A DNA stretch of 37,835 nt from Candidatus Omnitrophota bacterium (GCA_023819525.1 JAMWCT010000001.1:1-37835); one strand, 5' to 3'. Positions 11,311 through 22,665 are shown, counted from the first letter of the stretch. Translations and numbers: made by a program. The notes: a model not told the origin generated them from the sequence alone.

Positions 11311-12848
11311 AGAAGGATAAGATTTTAATTATTGATTTTGGTTCACAATATACACAACTTATTGCAAGAAGAATACGAGAACTTAAGGTTTTTAGTTTAA
11401 TAGAGCCGTGTAATATAGATATGGATAAAATAAAATTTATCAACCCCAAAGGCATAATACTTTCAGGAGGACCACATAGTGTATATCAAAAAAATGCACC
11501 ACAATTAAATAAAGAAATTTTAGAGTTAAAAATTCCAATTTTAGGTATCTGCTATGGTATGCAAATTTTAATGAAAATACTTGGAGGAGATGTAAAAGAA
11601 TCTCAACAACGCGAATACGGAAAAGCCCAGCTTTATATTGATGACCATACAGATTTATTTTTTTCTCTCCCAGCTAAAATCATTTGTTGGATGAGCCATA
11701 TGGATAAGGTTGTTAAGTTGCCTATAGGTTTTACTGTATCCGCCCATACAGATAACACTGTATTTGCCGCAGTAGCAAATAAAGAAAAAAAAATATATGG
11801 TGTGCAATTTCATCCAGAAGTCATCCATACACAAAATGGTTTACAAATTATCTCCAATTTCCTTTTTAGAATTTGTGAATGTTTTGCAAATTGGCAATTG
11901 GAAGATTTTGTCAATCAACAGATTAAAAAAATAAAAGAAAAAGTTAAAAACGAAAATGTAATTTGTGGATTAAGTGGTGGGGTTGACTCCTCAACAGCAG
12001 CTGTTTTGGTTCATAAAGCAATAGGTAGGCGCCTTAAATGTATTTTTGTAAATAATGGACTTTTGCGAAAAAACGAAGCTACAAATGTAATAGACATATT
12101 TTCAAAAAATTTTAAAATCAATCTACATTACGTAGATGCATCAAAGTTATTTCTAAATAAATTAAAAGGAATAACTGATCCTGAAGAAAAAAGAAAAATA
12201 ATAGGACATCTTTTTATAGATATTTTTGAGAAAGAAGCAAAAAAAATTAAAAATGCAAAATTTTTAGTTCAAGGCACGCTTTATCCTGATGTTATTGAAT
12301 CTACTTCTTTTTTTGGTGGACCAACCGCTCGCATAAAAACGCACCATAATGTTGGAGGGCTTCCTTTAGATATGAAATTAAAACTAATAGAACCTTTTAG
12401 GGAACTTTTTAAAGATGAAGTTAGAGAGATTGCAAAAATTTTAAAATTACCAGAACAAATAATTTATCGTCACCCATTTCCAGGGCCAGGTTTAGCTGTT
12501 AGGATAATAGGAGAAGTTACAAAAGAGCGCCTTGAGATTTTACGTCAAGCAGATTACATTTTAGAGGAGATTATTAAAAAAAGAGGTGTATATAAAGAGT
12601 TATGGCAGGCATTTTGTGTTTTATTGCCTTTAAAGACAGTTGGGGTTATGGGTGATAAGCGCACATATGAGTATGTTATTGCAATACGGGCTGTAAATAG
12701 TTTAGATGGTATGACTGCTGACTGGGCACATCTTGATGCTGATATTTTAAGTGAAATATCTAACTCAATAACAAATAAAGTAAGAGGTGTGAATAGGGTT
12801 GTTTTTGATATAAGTTCAAAACCTCCTGCAACCATAGAGTGGGAATAA
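11307..12848 (+). CDS. guaA: GMP synthase (glutamine-hydrolysing)
   Basis: [34 protein letters not shown]-loop SGGVDSS, C-terminal KPPATIEWE. The start was moved to the ATG at 11307 (ATGA overlap with the upstream stop). The track's 11193 start would add 38 non-homologous residues inside the upstream gene. Confidence 0.93.
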   Translation: MKKDKILIIDFGSQYTQLIARRIRELKVFSLIEPCNIDMDKIKFINPKGIILSGGPHSVYQKNAPQLNKEILELKIPILGICYGMQILMKILGGDVKESQQREYGKAQLYIDDHTDLFFSLPAKIICWMSHMDKVVKLPIGFTVSAHTDNTVFAAVANKEKKIYGVQFHPEVIHTQNGLQIISNFLFRICECFANWQLEDFVNQQIKKIKEKVKNENVICGLSGGVDSSTAAVLVHKAIGRRLKCIFVNNGLLRKNEATNVIDIFSKNFKINLHYVDASKLFLNKLKGITDPEEKRKIIGHLFIDIFEKEAKKIKNAKFLVQGTLYPDVIESTSFFGGPTARIKTHHNVGGLPLDMKLKLIEPFRELFKDEVREIAKILKLPEQIIYRHPFPGPGLAVRIIGEVTKERLEILRQADYILEEIIKKRGVYKELWQAFCVLLPLKTVGVMGDKRTYEYVIAIRAVNSLDGMTADWAHLDADILSEISNSITNKVRGVNRVVFDISSKPPATIEWE

Positions 12849-12860
12849 TTTTTTATTTAT

Positions 12861-15800
12861 ATGTTACATAGCGATTTTGTCCATTTACATGTTCACACTC
12901 AATATAGCCTTTTAGATGGGGCTTGCCTTTTAGAAAAGTTAATAGATAAAGCTGTTAACTTTAAACTTCCAGCGCTTGCTATTACAGATCACGGTAATTT
13001 ATTTGGAGCAATAAAATTTTATAATTTGTGTATAGAAAGAGGCATAAAACCTATAATTGGGATTGAGGCATATATAGCAAAAGACTCAAGATTTAAAAAA
13101 GATTATAAAATGGGAGAAGAGTCAAATTATCATTTGATACTTTTAGCAAAGGACAACGACGGTTATAGAAATCTTATAAAGTTAGCAAGTTTAGGATATT
13201 TAGAAGGTTTTTATTATAAACCAAGAATAGATATACAACTTTTATCCGAATATAGTAAAGGTCTAATTTGCACAAGCGCTTGCCTTGGTGGTGAGATTCC
13301 ATCATTTATTATTTCTGATAAAATTAATGAAGCATATAAAAAATGTGATGAATATTTAAACATCTTTGGTAAAGAAAATTTTTATTTAGAAATTATGGAA
13401 AATGGTTTAGCAGAACAGAAAAAAGTCAACAAATTTTTATTAAAAATAGCAAAAGATTTAGATATTCCTATAATCGCAACAAATGATATACACTATTTAG
13501 AACAAAATGAAGCCTTTGCGCATGAAGTTTTATTATGCATTCAAACTCAAACTACTTTAGAAGATCCGAATAGATTTAAATTTGGAAGCGATACATTTTA
13601 TTTTAGAAGCCCTCAAGAGATGAAAGATATTTTTAAAGATTTACCAGAAGCGATAAAAAATACATTGGAGGTTGCCTCTAAATGTAATTTAATAATGGAT
13701 TTTTCTCAAATACACATCCCTTCTTTTCCACTACCTGAAACCGAAACAGATTTTAGTTTCTTAAAAAAATTATGTTATCAGAATTTAGAATCTAGATACC
13801 CAAACCCAACAGATGAGATTATAAAAAGATTGGAATATGAATTAACTGTCATTAAAAAAACTGGTTTCTCAAGTTATTTTTTAATAATTTGGGATTTAGT
13901 TAAGTTTGCAAAAGAAAATAACATCCCAGTTGGTCCTGGAAGAGGCTCTGCCGCAGGAAGTCTTGTAAGTTATCTTTTAGGCATAACTGATATAGACCCA
14001 ATTAAATATAATTTAATTTTTGAAAGATTTCTTAACCCAGAGCGGGTAAGTATGCCTGATATAGATATAGATTTTTGCTTTGAGAAACGACAAAAAATTT
14101 TAGAATACGTTGAGCAAAAATATGGAAAAACTAACGTGGCTCAAATAGTAACATTTGGAACTATGTTTGCAAGAGCTGTCGTAAGAGATGTTGGAAGAGC
14201 TCTTGGTTTTAGTTATTCAGAGGTTGATAAAATTGCAAAAATGATACCACAAACTATAGGTCATCAAATTACTTTAAAAGAAGCTTTAGAGACAAATTCT
14301 CAATTGGAAGAAATCTACAGGACAAATGAGGCTATTAAAAAGCTTATAGATGTGGCTATGAAATTAGAAGGTTTATCCCGCCACGCATCAACACATGCTG
14401 CAGGGGTTGTTATCTCTGATAGGCCTCTTCTTGAGAGAATACCTTTAGCTAAAGGAGCAGAAGATGAAGTAGTGACTGGTTTTGATATGGAGTCTTTAGA
14501 GAAAACTGGCCTTTTAAAGATGGATTTTTTAGGGCTAAAAACCCTTACTGTGATAGACGAGACTATAAGAATTGTAAAGCGCACAAAAAATATTGATATA
14601 GATATAAAAAAAATTCCTTTAGATGATAAAAAGACATTTTCACTTTTAGCTAGTGGTAAAACTATAGGAGTGTTCCAATTAGAAAGTAGCGGTGTGCGTG
14701 AATTATTAAAAAAATTAGCCCCAACTAAATTTGAAGACATAATTGCAGTCCTTGCGCTTTATAGACCTGGACCTTTGGGTAGCGGCATGGTTGATGATTT
14801 TATTGAAAGAAAACATAAAAGAAAGCCTATCAGTTACTTACATCCAAAGTTAGAACCTATATTAAAAGAGACTTATGGAATAATTGTTTATCAAGAACAA
14901 ACTATGCAGATAGCATCTGTTTTAGCAGGTTTTAGTATGTCGCAGGCTGATCTTTTACGCAAAGCAATAGGCAAAAAAGTTCCCGAGATAATGGAAGAAC
15001 AAAGAAATTTATTTGTTGAAGGTTGTAAAAAAAATAACATATCGGAACGTATAGCAAATCAAATTTTTGATTTAATAGATTATTTTTCTGGATATGGTTT
15101 TAATAAAAGTCATTCAACTGCCTATGCTTTAATTTCCTATCAAACAGCGTATTTAAAAGCCAATTTTAAAGTGGAATTTATGGCTGCACTTCTAACAAGC
15201 GAAAGAAACAATACCGATAAAATTAAAGAATATGTAAATGAAGCAATTTCACTTGGGATAAAGATTCTGCCGGCAGACATTAATACAAGTTATGCAAATT
15301 TTACTGTAACAGAGGATGGAAATATTCGTTTTGGACTTTTGGCTATAAAAAATGTTGGAGAAGCAGCATTAGAAAATATAATTGCTGTGCGAAAAGAAAA
15401 AAAATTTGAAGATATTTTTGATTTTCTTAATAGAGTTGATCCGAGAACAGTAAACAAAAAAGTTGTTGAGAGTTTAATTAAATCTGGCGCGATGGATAGT
15501 TTCGGCTTAAAAAGAGCGCAGATGATGGCTATTTTAGAGAATTTTTTAAATAAAAATCATAAAAAAGATAAAGACCAATTGTATCTTTTCCCGATAAGTC
15601 AAAAAGAAGTCATTCCAAAAGTAGATGAGTGGCCTATACAGCAAATATTAAATTTTGAAAAAGAGCTATTAGGTATGTATATTAGTAGTCATCCATTGCA
15701 GCAATATTCTGATAACATAAAATATATAAAACATCAAAAAATTATTTCACTTTATGAAGGGCAAAATATGTCTAAAACAGTAATTTTTGGAATAATAGAG

Positions 15801-16262
15801 GAAATAAAGATAATTACAACAAGACAAAAAAATGAGAGGATGGCTATAGTTAAAATAGAAGACGATACCTCTTGGGTTGAGGTATTTGTTTTTCCTCGTT
15901 TATTTGAGGAAAGTTTCCCCTTTTTAAATAAGAAAGCAATTGTATTTGTTGAAGGTGATTTGGAGACAAAAGAGAAAATACCAAAAATTTTAGCCACAAA
16001 AATTATCCCTATAGAGACAATTATGGAAAATATAAAAGAAATAAATATTCATATAAAAGATAAAAATTTTAAAGTTGATAAATTAAAAGAAATTTTTAAC
16101 AACAATCGTGGCAAAACTCCAGTGTTTTTTGTTTTTAAAAATTCAAAAATGCAAGGAATAAGAATTAAAACTGCTAATGAGTTTTTTTTAAACCCAAAAA
16201 TAGAGATTTTAAATGAAGTAGCCTCTATAGTAGGAGAAGAAAATCTTTCTTTAATTATTTAA
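12861..16262 (+). CDS. dnaE: DNA polymerase III alpha subunit
   Basis: PHP domain FVHLHVHTQYSLLDG and ITDHGNLFG, GPGRGSAAGSLVSY, PDIDIDF, 1133 aa. Confidence 0.96.
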   Translation: MLHSDFVHLHVHTQYSLLDGACLLEKLIDKAVNFKLPALAITDHGNLFGAIKFYNLCIERGIKPIIGIEAYIAKDSRFKKDYKMGEESNYHLILLAKDNDGYRNLIKLASLGYLEGFYYKPRIDIQLLSEYSKGLICTSACLGGEIPSFIISDKINEAYKKCDEYLNIFGKENFYLEIMENGLAEQKKVNKFLLKIAKDLDIPIIATNDIHYLEQNEAFAHEVLLCIQTQTTLEDPNRFKFGSDTFYFRSPQEMKDIFKDLPEAIKNTLEVASKCNLIMDFSQIHIPSFPLPETETDFSFLKKLCYQNLESRYPNPTDEIIKRLEYELTVIKKTGFSSYFLIIWDLVKFAKENNIPVGPGRGSAAGSLVSYLLGITDIDPIKYNLIFERFLNPERVSMPDIDIDFCFEKRQKILEYVEQKYGKTNVAQIVTFGTMFARAVVRDVGRALGFSYSEVDKIAKMIPQTIGHQITLKEALETNSQLEEIYRTNEAIKKLIDVAMKLEGLSRHASTHAAGVVISDRPLLERIPLAKGAEDEVVTGFDMESLEKTGLLKMDFLGLKTLTVIDETIRIVKRTKNIDIDIKKIPLDDKKTFSLLASGKTIGVFQLESSGVRELLKKLAPTKFEDIIAVLALYRPGPLGSGMVDDFIERKHKRKPISYLHPKLEPILKETYGIIVYQEQTMQIASVLAGFSMSQADLLRKAIGKKVPEIMEEQRNLFVEGCKKNNISERIANQIFDLIDYFSGYGFNKSHSTAYALISYQTAYLKANFKVEFMAALLTSERNNTDKIKEYVNEAISLGIKILPADINTSYANFTVTEDGNIRFGLLAIKNVGEAALENIIAVRKEKKFEDIFDFLNRVDPRTVNKKVVESLIKSGAMDSFGLKRAQMMAILENFLNKNHKKDKDQLYLFPISQKEVIPKVDEWPIQQILNFEKELLGMYISSHPLQQYSDNIKYIKHQKIISLYEGQNMSKTVIFGIIEEIKIITTRQKNERMAIVKIEDDTSWVEVFVFPRLFEESFPFLNKKAIVFVEGDLETKEKIPKILATKIIPIETIMENIKEINIHIKDKNFKVDKLKEIFNNNRGKTPVFFVFKNSKMQGIRIKTANEFFLNPKIEILNEVASIVGEENLSLII

Positions 16263-16275
16263 AGATAGGTAAGAA

Positions 16276-17322
16276 ATGTTTGAGTTAAAAATATTTGGTA
16301 ATACTTTAAAACAATATTTATTCTTTCTTTTTGCATTTTTAGGTAGTTTAGTAATTTTAAGTTTATTAAAAATTTTTATTTTAAAACATTTTAAAAGAAT
16401 AGCAGAGAAGACAAGAACTGACATAGATAACTTTTTGATAAGGCTTTTTGAAGAATTGTGTTTACCTTTACTTTATTATTGGGTCTTTTATTTTTCTATA
16501 AATTTTCTTACTTTAAATGAGTGGGCTAAAAAATTTATTAATGCAGTTGCTTTGATTTTTTTAGTTACGCAAGGCATTAGATTTCTTATTGCTATTTTAG
16601 GTTATTTTATCCAAAAACAGTGGATAAAAAAGGGTAAGTTAAACGAAACTGCAAAACAGAATTTAAAAACCATATTATCAATAGCCAAGGTTATTCTTTG
16701 GAGTGTAGGCATAGTTTTTATTTTAGATAATTTAGGTTTTAAAATATCCACAGTTTTAGCTGGACTTGGTATAGGTGGTGTTGCGATTGCTTTGGCAGCA
16801 CAGGCAATATTGGCAGATCTGTTTAGCTATTTTGTGATTTTTTTTGATAAACCTTTTGAGGTTGGTGATTTTATCGTAATCGGGGAGTTTGCAGGCACAA
16901 TTGAACAGATAGGAATTAAAACTACTAGGCTGCGCAGTTTAAGCGGCGAACAATTAATCTTTTCAAATACTGATCTAACAAATAGTCGCGTCCGCAATTA
17001 TAAAAGGATGGAAAAACGTAGAATAGTTTTTAAAATAGGCATAACTTATCAAACACCACAAGATAAATTAAAACAGATACCACAAATCATAAAAAATATC
17101 ATTGAGAATACAAAGGATGCATTATTTGAGAGAGCGCATTTTTTTGCTTTTGGCGATTTTAGTCTTATATTTGAAATAGTCTATTATGTATTAAGCCCGG
17201 ATTATAGCAAATATATGGATATACAGCAGGAAATCAATTTCGCTATTAAAAAAAGATTTGAAGAGTTTGGTATAAAATTCGCTTACCCAACACAAACATT
17301 ATATATTGATAAAATAGATTAA
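16276..17322 (+). CDS. Mechanosensitive ion channel (MscS) family protein
   Basis: N-terminal TM helices and a pore-lining helix with GLGIGGVAIALAAQ, followed by FDKPFEVGDFI and the TTRLRSLSGEQLIFSN beta-domain. Confidence 0.88.
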   Translation: MFELKIFGNTLKQYLFFLFAFLGSLVILSLLKIFILKHFKRIAEKTRTDIDNFLIRLFEELCLPLLYYWVFYFSINFLTLNEWAKKFINAVALIFLVTQGIRFLIAILGYFIQKQWIKKGKLNETAKQNLKTILSIAKVILWSVGIVFILDNLGFKISTVLAGLGIGGVAIALAAQAILADLFSYFVIFFDKPFEVGDFIVIGEFAGTIEQIGIKTTRLRSLSGEQLIFSNTDLTNSRVRNYKRMEKRRIVFKIGITYQTPQDKLKQIPQIIKNIIENTKDALFERAHFFAFGDFSLIFEIVYYVLSPDYSKYMDIQQEINFAIKKRFEEFGIKFAYPTQTLYIDKID

Positions 17323-17333
17323 ATTTAGATTTT

Positions 17334-17642
17334 ATGTTTATCATTTCTAATTTTTTAATTGCTTTGGCAAAGGTATTAGAATTAACTTTAACAATACTTT
17401 GGTGGCTTATACTTATAAGAGCAATAATAAGTTGGGTAAATCCAGATCCTTATAATCCAATTGTATTGTTTTTACAAAAGACAACAGAGCCAATACTTTA
17501 TCCAATAAGAAGACTTTTGCCTTTTACTTTAAGATATGGCGTAGATATTTCACCAATAATTGCTTTTCTTCTAATAACCTTTATCAAACATTTTGTAGTT
17601 CAAACATTATTAGATATCGCAATAAAATTAAAATTTGGATAA
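17334..17642 (+). CDS. yggT: YggT-family membrane protein
   Basis: 102 aa. ILWWLILIRAIISWVNPDPYNPI and PILYPIRRLLP with DISPIIAFLL are typical YggT motifs. Confidence 0.85.
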   Translation: MFIISNFLIALAKVLELTLTILWWLILIRAIISWVNPDPYNPIVLFLQKTTEPILYPIRRLLPFTLRYGVDISPIIAFLLITFIKHFVVQTLLDIAIKLKFG

Positions 17643-17654
17643 ATAGGTGATATT

Positions 17655-17780
17655 ATGAAAATTAGTGGTTGGATATTTATGATTTTCTCATGGGTGATGA
17701 TTTTAACTTTAGCAACATTTTGTTTTAGCAAGATTTACAAACACGGCCTATCTACTCACAAAAAACGAAAGACTAAATAG
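17655..17780 (+). CDS. Possible 41-aa single-pass membrane peptide (not in the supplied track)
   Basis: Translated by hand as MKISGWIFMIFSWVMILTLATFCFSKIYKHGLSTHKKRKTK. It has a hydrophobic helix plus a basic tail. It is preceded by taGGTGatatt and overlaps the trmI 3' end convergently by 8 nt. No homolog is recognised. Confidence 0.3.
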   Translation: MKISGWIFMIFSWVMILTLATFCFSKIYKHGLSTHKKRKTK

Positions 17781-18540
17781 GTTTTATTATCTTGGAAGCA
17801 AAAACAATCCAACCAGTATGTGAGGGCATACGTTGTTGTGGTCTAGTCTTTCCTCTTCTAACTAAAATTTTTCGCACTAACACCTCTGAACTTTCGATAT
17901 TAGTAAATCCTTTTTCTTCTAAAGCAAAAACAGTTTTAGTAAGTTGCTCAAAAGTAGGACAAATTGTAGCTAAGCGCGCCCCGCCTTTAAGTGCATCATA
18001 AGCCGCGCTAATTAATTCCCAAGGACTTCCAATGTCAATCATAACAAAATCAACTTCCTTTTCATCAAACTTATCAATTACTTCTTTTAATTTAAATTCT
18101 ACATATTCTGCCAATCCATAACGCTCGACATTCTTTTTAGCATTTTCTAAAAAATTTATATTTTTTTCATAACTATAAACTTTACCCGTTGGTCTTACAA
18201 AATTTGCTAAAACTGTCGTAAGTGCACCGCTACCACTACCACACTCAATTACTTTCGCTCCGGGAAAAATATTAGCATTTAGCAAAATTAAACCTATATC
18301 TTTTGGGTATAGAATTTGAGTTTGCCTTTTTATTTTCATTACTTTTTCATAAAGATAAGGTTTTAAAATATAAAAAACTTCTCCTAAATTTGTTGTAATG
18401 CCCTCACCAAATTCTTTACCTATAATATCTTTTAACTCTATATAACCTAGATCTGTATGGAATTGTCCTATACCGACTTTGACCAAAAAGTTTCTATTTT
18501 CGTCTTTATATAAAAAAACCAAATCTTTATCTTTAATCAT
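17773..18540 (-). CDS. trmI: tRNA (adenine-N1)-methyltransferase (TrmI/Gcd14 family)
   Basis: GAKVIECGSGSGALTTVLANFVRPTGKVYSYE, DFVMIDIGSPW, RPQQRMPSHTGW. Confidence 0.88.
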   Translation of the reverse strand: MIKDKDLVFLYKDENRNFLVKVGIGQFHTDLGYIELKDIIGKEFGEGITTNLGEVFYILKPYLYEKVMKIKRQTQILYPKDIGLILLNANIFPGAKVIECGSGSGALTTVLANFVRPTGKVYSYEKNINFLENAKKNVERYGLAEYVEFKLKEVIDKFDEKEVDFVMIDIGSPWELISAAYDALKGGARLATICPTFEQLTKTVFALEEKGFTNIESSEVLVRKILVRRGKTRPQQRMPSHTGWIVFASKIIKPI

Positions 18541-18623
18541 AACAATAACATCTTACAGATTCGGTCTTATTTTGCAACATTTTTTTATCTGTTTAAAAAA
18601 TTTTTAGTAAAAATTTAAACTTT

Positions 18624-18632
18624 TGATATAAT
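18624..18632 (+). promoter_or_regulatory. Candidate extended -10 promoter (TGaTATAAT) in the divergent trmI/zinc-ribbon intergenic region
   Basis: The TTTTGATATAAT string is identical to the one at 4497-4508 and lies 26 nt upstream of the ATG at 18659. Confidence 0.35.
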
Positions 18633-18658
18633 TAAAATTATTATAAAAAAGGTCATTT

Positions 18659-18883
18659 ATGCCAATACATACTTATTTTTGCAAAAATTGCAAAAAAAAA
18701 TTTGACATTTTAATTAGAACAGTTGAGCATAAGATTAGTTGTCCTTACTGTAATGATACTAATTTAGAAAGGCAATTTTCTGTTTTTGGAATTGTAAGTA
18801 AGGGGGGTGGCTCTTTGGAAGCAAATTCATCTTCGAGCAAATGTAGTGGCTGTTCCGGTGGAAATTGTTCAAGTTGTGCTTAA
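18659..18883 (+). CDS. FmdB-family zinc-ribbon protein
   Basis: YFCKNCKKKFD...SCPYCNDTNLERQFS (two CxxC pairs) plus a Cys/Gly/Ser-rich tail CSGCSGGNCSSCA. Confidence 0.8.
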   Translation: MPIHTYFCKNCKKKFDILIRTVEHKISCPYCNDTNLERQFSVFGIVSKGGGSLEANSSSSKCSGCSGGNCSSCA

Positions 18884-18911
18884 CATTTCTAAAATTTAAG
18901 GAGGCTTTATT

Positions 18912-19232
18912 ATGGCTACATACCAAGATTTTTTGAAATTAGAGCTACGCATAGGAAAAATTGTCGAGATAAATCCGCATCCAAATGCAGATAAACTTTA
19001 TCTTTTAAAAGTAGATATAGGCAACAAAATTATTCAGCTTGTAGCAGGAATTAGACCATATTATAACGAAGATGAACTTAAAGATAAATTAATAGTTGTA
19101 GTTACCAATTTAGAACCAAAAGAAATTAGAGGATATATTTCTGAAGGTATGCTTCTTGCCGCCTCGTCAGCTGAAGATGTAAGTATAATTTCTCCAGATA
19201 AAACAATTGAAGTTGGAAGTAAGGTAAAATGA
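18912..19232 (+). CDS. tRNA-binding domain protein (CsaA/Trbp111-like)
   Basis: FLKLELRIGKIVEINPHPNADKLYLLKVDIG...QLVAGI...VVVVTNLEPKEIRGYISEGMLLA. AAGGAGG RBS at 18898-18904. Confidence 0.85.
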   Translation: MATYQDFLKLELRIGKIVEINPHPNADKLYLLKVDIGNKIIQLVAGIRPYYNEDELKDKLIVVVTNLEPKEIRGYISEGMLLAASSAEDVSIISPDKTIEVGSKVK

Positions 19233-19236
19233 TATT

Positions 19237-19494
19237 ATGTTTTGGGAACTTATTGGTATAGCCGCCGCATCTTTAACGATGTTTTCATTTTTCCCCCAAA
19301 TATTTAAAGTCTTAAGGACAAAATCTGTTAAAGATGTTAGTCCTATAATGCTTCTACAGTTATCTGGTGGAGTTTCTTTGTGGATAGTGTATGGTTTACA
19401 CCTAAAAAACTTAATAATTATTTTGGCAAATAGTATCACTTTATTTAGTCTAATAGTATTATTAATTCTTTATATGTTATATATAAAAAGATAA
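19237..19494 (+). CDS. SemiSWEET (PQ-loop) transporter
   Basis: 85 aa, three TM helices, and the FFPQIFKVLRTKSVKDVS PQ motif. Confidence 0.8.
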   Translation: MFWELIGIAAASLTMFSFFPQIFKVLRTKSVKDVSPIMLLQLSGGVSLWIVYGLHLKNLIIILANSITLFSLIVLLILYMLYIKR

Positions 19495-19498
19495 ACTT

Positions 19499-19816
19499 AT
19501 GCTATCAATATTTGTCCAAATTTTTGGCTTATTTTTTGGAGTTCTATCTAGAACGTTACTGCCCTTTTTTAGAAAACTTTATCAAGGAAAAATAAAGCAT
19601 TTTAAAATAAAGTTTTTTTATCAAGCTGTTGGTGCTTTTTTTCTTTCTCTGATTTTTTCTTTTATAATTTTTCCTCAGTACCCTTTACAGATAAAGACAG
19701 AGGTTGACTATTTAGCAGTTTTTAAATTGTTCTGTATATCTTTTGCTTTTGGTTTTGGATTTAACGCTTTGATAAATGAAGTTGGTGAATGGTTTAAAAA
19801 TGGCAAAAACAACTAA
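19499..19816 (+). CDS. Hypothetical membrane protein
   Basis: 105-aa ORF with about 3 hydrophobic helices. No family is recognised. Confidence 0.4.
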   Translation: MLSIFVQIFGLFFGVLSRTLLPFFRKLYQGKIKHFKIKFFYQAVGAFFLSLIFSFIIFPQYPLQIKTEVDYLAVFKLFCISFAFGFGFNALINEVGEWFKNGKNN

Positions 19817-20951
19817 AATTTTTCTTATAGATTTAAAAAGAGAATATAATTTTTTAAAAAAAGAAATTAATCAACAAATAAATGATTGTCTATGTTCACA
19901 ACAGTGGATTTTGGGAGATAAGGTAGAAGAGCTTGAAGAGGCTATATCAAAATATTTAAATTTAAAGTATACTGTTGGTGTTGCTTCTGGAACAGATGCA
20001 TTAACTATTTCATTACAAGCATTAGCATTAAAGTTAAAGGGTAAAGAGTTTTTTGACGAGGCTGACCAAATTATTACAACACCATTTACTTTTATCGCAA
20101 CAGCTGAGGCGATTTTAAGGGCAGGTGCAAAAATTGTTTTTGTTGATATTGAGCCTGATACATTTAATATTGATCCAAAAAAGATTAAAAATGCCATTAC
20201 AAAAAATACCATTGGAATTTTACCTGTGCACATTTTTGGTTTACCTTCTGCAATGGATGAGATTAAAAAAATTGCTAAAGAAAATGGTTTATTTGTCGTT
20301 GAGGATGTAGCGCAAGCCTTTGGTGCAAAATTTAAAAAAAGACCCGTTGGAAGTTTTGGAGATGTAGCTGCTTTTAGTTTTTTTCCAACTAAAAATTTAG
20401 GTTGTTATGGTGATGGTGGTTTAGTTGCAACAGATGATTTTAAAGTAGTAGAATCTGCTAAAATTTTAAGAAATCACGGACAGGCAAAACAATATATTGC
20501 AGATTATATAGGTTATAATTCAAGGTTGGATTCTATTCAGGCTGCTATACTTTTAGCAAAATTAAAGTTTGTAGAAAAGTTTAATAGTTTACGCAAAAAT
20601 GTTGCAAATAAATACAACCAAGCTTTAGGGGCAATAAAAGGTATTACTATACCAAAACAACCAAAAGATTGCGAACATGTATACCATCTTTACACTATAA
20701 AAATTAATAAAAATTTGCGAGACAAACTACTAAATTTTTTAAACCGAAAAGGTATACAAGCAAGAGTTTATTACCCTGTTGGTTTACACAAAATGAAAGC
20801 ATTTAAGTGCGCAAAATTAACTGATGAACTTAAAATAACTGATGAGGTTACCTTATCAGTAATATCTTTGCCAACACACCCTTTCTTGGAGGCTGAAGAA
20901 ATAGATTATATTATTAAAACTATTGAAAGTTTTTTCGCAAAGTCAAGATGA
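19800..20951 (+). CDS. DegT/DnrJ/EryC1/StrS-family PLP-dependent aminotransferase
   Basis: LKREY...[51 protein letters not shown]. The start is set at ATG 19800 ([16 protein letters not shown]). The track start at 19776 is also possible. Confidence 0.88.
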   Translation: MAKTTKIFLIDLKREYNFLKKEINQQINDCLCSQQWILGDKVEELEEAISKYLNLKYTVGVASGTDALTISLQALALKLKGKEFFDEADQIITTPFTFIATAEAILRAGAKIVFVDIEPDTFNIDPKKIKNAITKNTIGILPVHIFGLPSAMDEIKKIAKENGLFVVEDVAQAFGAKFKKRPVGSFGDVAAFSFFPTKNLGCYGDGGLVATDDFKVVESAKILRNHGQAKQYIADYIGYNSRLDSIQAAILLAKLKFVEKFNSLRKNVANKYNQALGAIKGITIPKQPKDCEHVYHLYTIKINKNLRDKLLNFLNRKGIQARVYYPVGLHKMKAFKCAKLTDELKITDEVTLSVISLPTHPFLEAEEIDYIIKTIESFFAKSR

Positions 20952-22612
20952 AACCAAATTTTATAACTGAAATTATTGATCAAGATAATTTAACCGGCCG
21001 TTTTGGTGGTAAAGTCCATACGCGTTTTCCACCTGAGCCAAATGGATATTTACATATCGGGCATGTAAAAGCAATTTTTTTAAATTATTCAATAGCGAAA
21101 AAATATGGTGGTAAATTTAATCTTAGATTTGACGATACAAATCCTTGCAAAGAAGAACAGGAATACGTTGACGCTATAATTAAAGATGTTTCATGGCTTG
21201 GTGTTGATTGGGAGGATAGGATTTATTATGCCTCAGATTATTTTGAAAAAATGTTTGAATATGCCATAAAACTTATAAAAAAAGGTAAAGCCTATGTGTG
21301 CGATTTAAGTCCAGAAGAGATAAGTAAAACAAGGGGAACTTTAACTGAAGCCGGAATAGAGAGCCCTTATAGAAATAGATCTGTGGTGGAGAATTTAGAT
21401 TTGTTTTGGAGGATGCGAAAAGGTGAATTTGCCGCTGGTTCTAAAACGCTGCGTGCGAAAATTGATATGGCTCATCCAAATCTTAACATGAGAGATCCTG
21501 TAATGTATCGGATAATATACGCTAGCCATCATAGAACTAAAGATAAATGGTGCATATATCCAACGTATGACTGGGCACACCCAATAGAAGATGCTATTGA
21601 GGGAATAACACATTCAATATGCACTTTAGAATTTGAAAATCATCGTCTTCTATACGATTGGTTTTTAAATGAATTAGAAATCCACCATCCGCAACAAATT
21701 GAATTTGCGCGTCTTAATTTAAGCCATACCGTTTTAAGTAAACGTTTGCTTATAGAACTTGTTCAAAAAAAATATGTAGATGGGTGGGACGACCCAAGAC
21801 TACCAACTATAGCAGGACTGAGACGAAGAGGTTACACACCGGAATCTTTAAGAAAATTTTGCGAAATAATTGGTGTATCAAAAACAGAAAGCATAGTGGA
21901 TTTAGCGGTTTTAGAAAATTGTATCAGAGAAGAATTAAATAAGACTGCACAGAGGGTTATGGCTGTATTAAAACCAATAAAATTAATCATAGATAATTAC
22001 CCTGCTAATTTAGTTGAAGAACTTGATGCTATAAATAACCCTGAAGATTTAAGTAGTGGAGTGCGAAAAATACCATTTTCTAATGAGTTATATATTGAAG
22101 AAGATGATTTTAGAGAAAATCCACCAAAAGAATTTTTTAGGTTAGCACCAAAAAGAGAAGTTAGATTAAAATACGCCTATTTTGTAACTTGCACTTCTGT
22201 GGTAAAGGATAATGACGGAAGGATAAAAGAGATACATTGTATATACGATCCGGCTACTAAAGGTGGTGGGGCTGCCAATGGGAGAAAGGTTAAAGGAACA
22301 ATTCATTGGGTATCAGCAAAACACTCAATAGATGCTACTGTAAATTTGTATGATACATTATTTACAAAACGCAATCCACAAGAAGATGAAGATTTTTTAA
22401 AAAATTTAAATTCACGCTCAAAAGAAATTTTTATAAATTGCAAAGTAGAAAGCAGTTTAAAAAATGCAAAAGTTGGTGATAGATATCAATTTGAAAGATT
22501 AGGATATTTTATTGTTGATGGTATTTGTGAAGATACAGGAAATTTAATCTTTAACCGCATAGTTACTTTAAAAGATAGCTGGGCTAAAATTGAAAGTAAA
22601 TTAAAAAGTTAA
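20948..22612 (+). CDS. glnS: Glutamine--tRNA ligase
   Basis: FITEIIDQD...[20 protein letters not shown] (HIGH), VLSKRLL (KMSKS-like), and the C-terminal anticodon-binding beta-barrel region [10 protein letters not shown]. Confidence 0.9.
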   Translation: MKPNFITEIIDQDNLTGRFGGKVHTRFPPEPNGYLHIGHVKAIFLNYSIAKKYGGKFNLRFDDTNPCKEEQEYVDAIIKDVSWLGVDWEDRIYYASDYFEKMFEYAIKLIKKGKAYVCDLSPEEISKTRGTLTEAGIESPYRNRSVVENLDLFWRMRKGEFAAGSKTLRAKIDMAHPNLNMRDPVMYRIIYASHHRTKDKWCIYPTYDWAHPIEDAIEGITHSICTLEFENHRLLYDWFLNELEIHHPQQIEFARLNLSHTVLSKRLLIELVQKKYVDGWDDPRLPTIAGLRRRGYTPESLRKFCEIIGVSKTESIVDLAVLENCIREELNKTAQRVMAVLKPIKLIIDNYPANLVEELDAINNPEDLSSGVRKIPFSNELYIEEDDFRENPPKEFFRLAPKREVRLKYAYFVTCTSVVKDNDGRIKEIHCIYDPATKGGGAANGRKVKGTIHWVSAKHSIDATVNLYDTLFTKRNPQEDEDFLKNLNSRSKEIFINCKVESSLKNAKVGDRYQFERLGYFIVDGICEDTGNLIFNRIVTLKDSWAKIESKLKS

Positions 22613-22625
22613 CTTAAAATTTGTC

Positions 22626-22655
22626 TTGACAAAAATTTAAAATTAATGTTATCTT
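22626..22655 (+). promoter_or_regulatory. Candidate sigma70-type promoter (TTGACA -35, TGtTATCTT extended -10)
   Basis: TTGACA at 22626-22631, 18-nt spacer, TATCTT at 22650-22655 preceded by TG. The ATG at 22666 is only 10 nt downstream with no Shine-Dalgarno sequence. Confidence 0.35.
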
Positions 22656-22665
22656 TTAGATAGAT

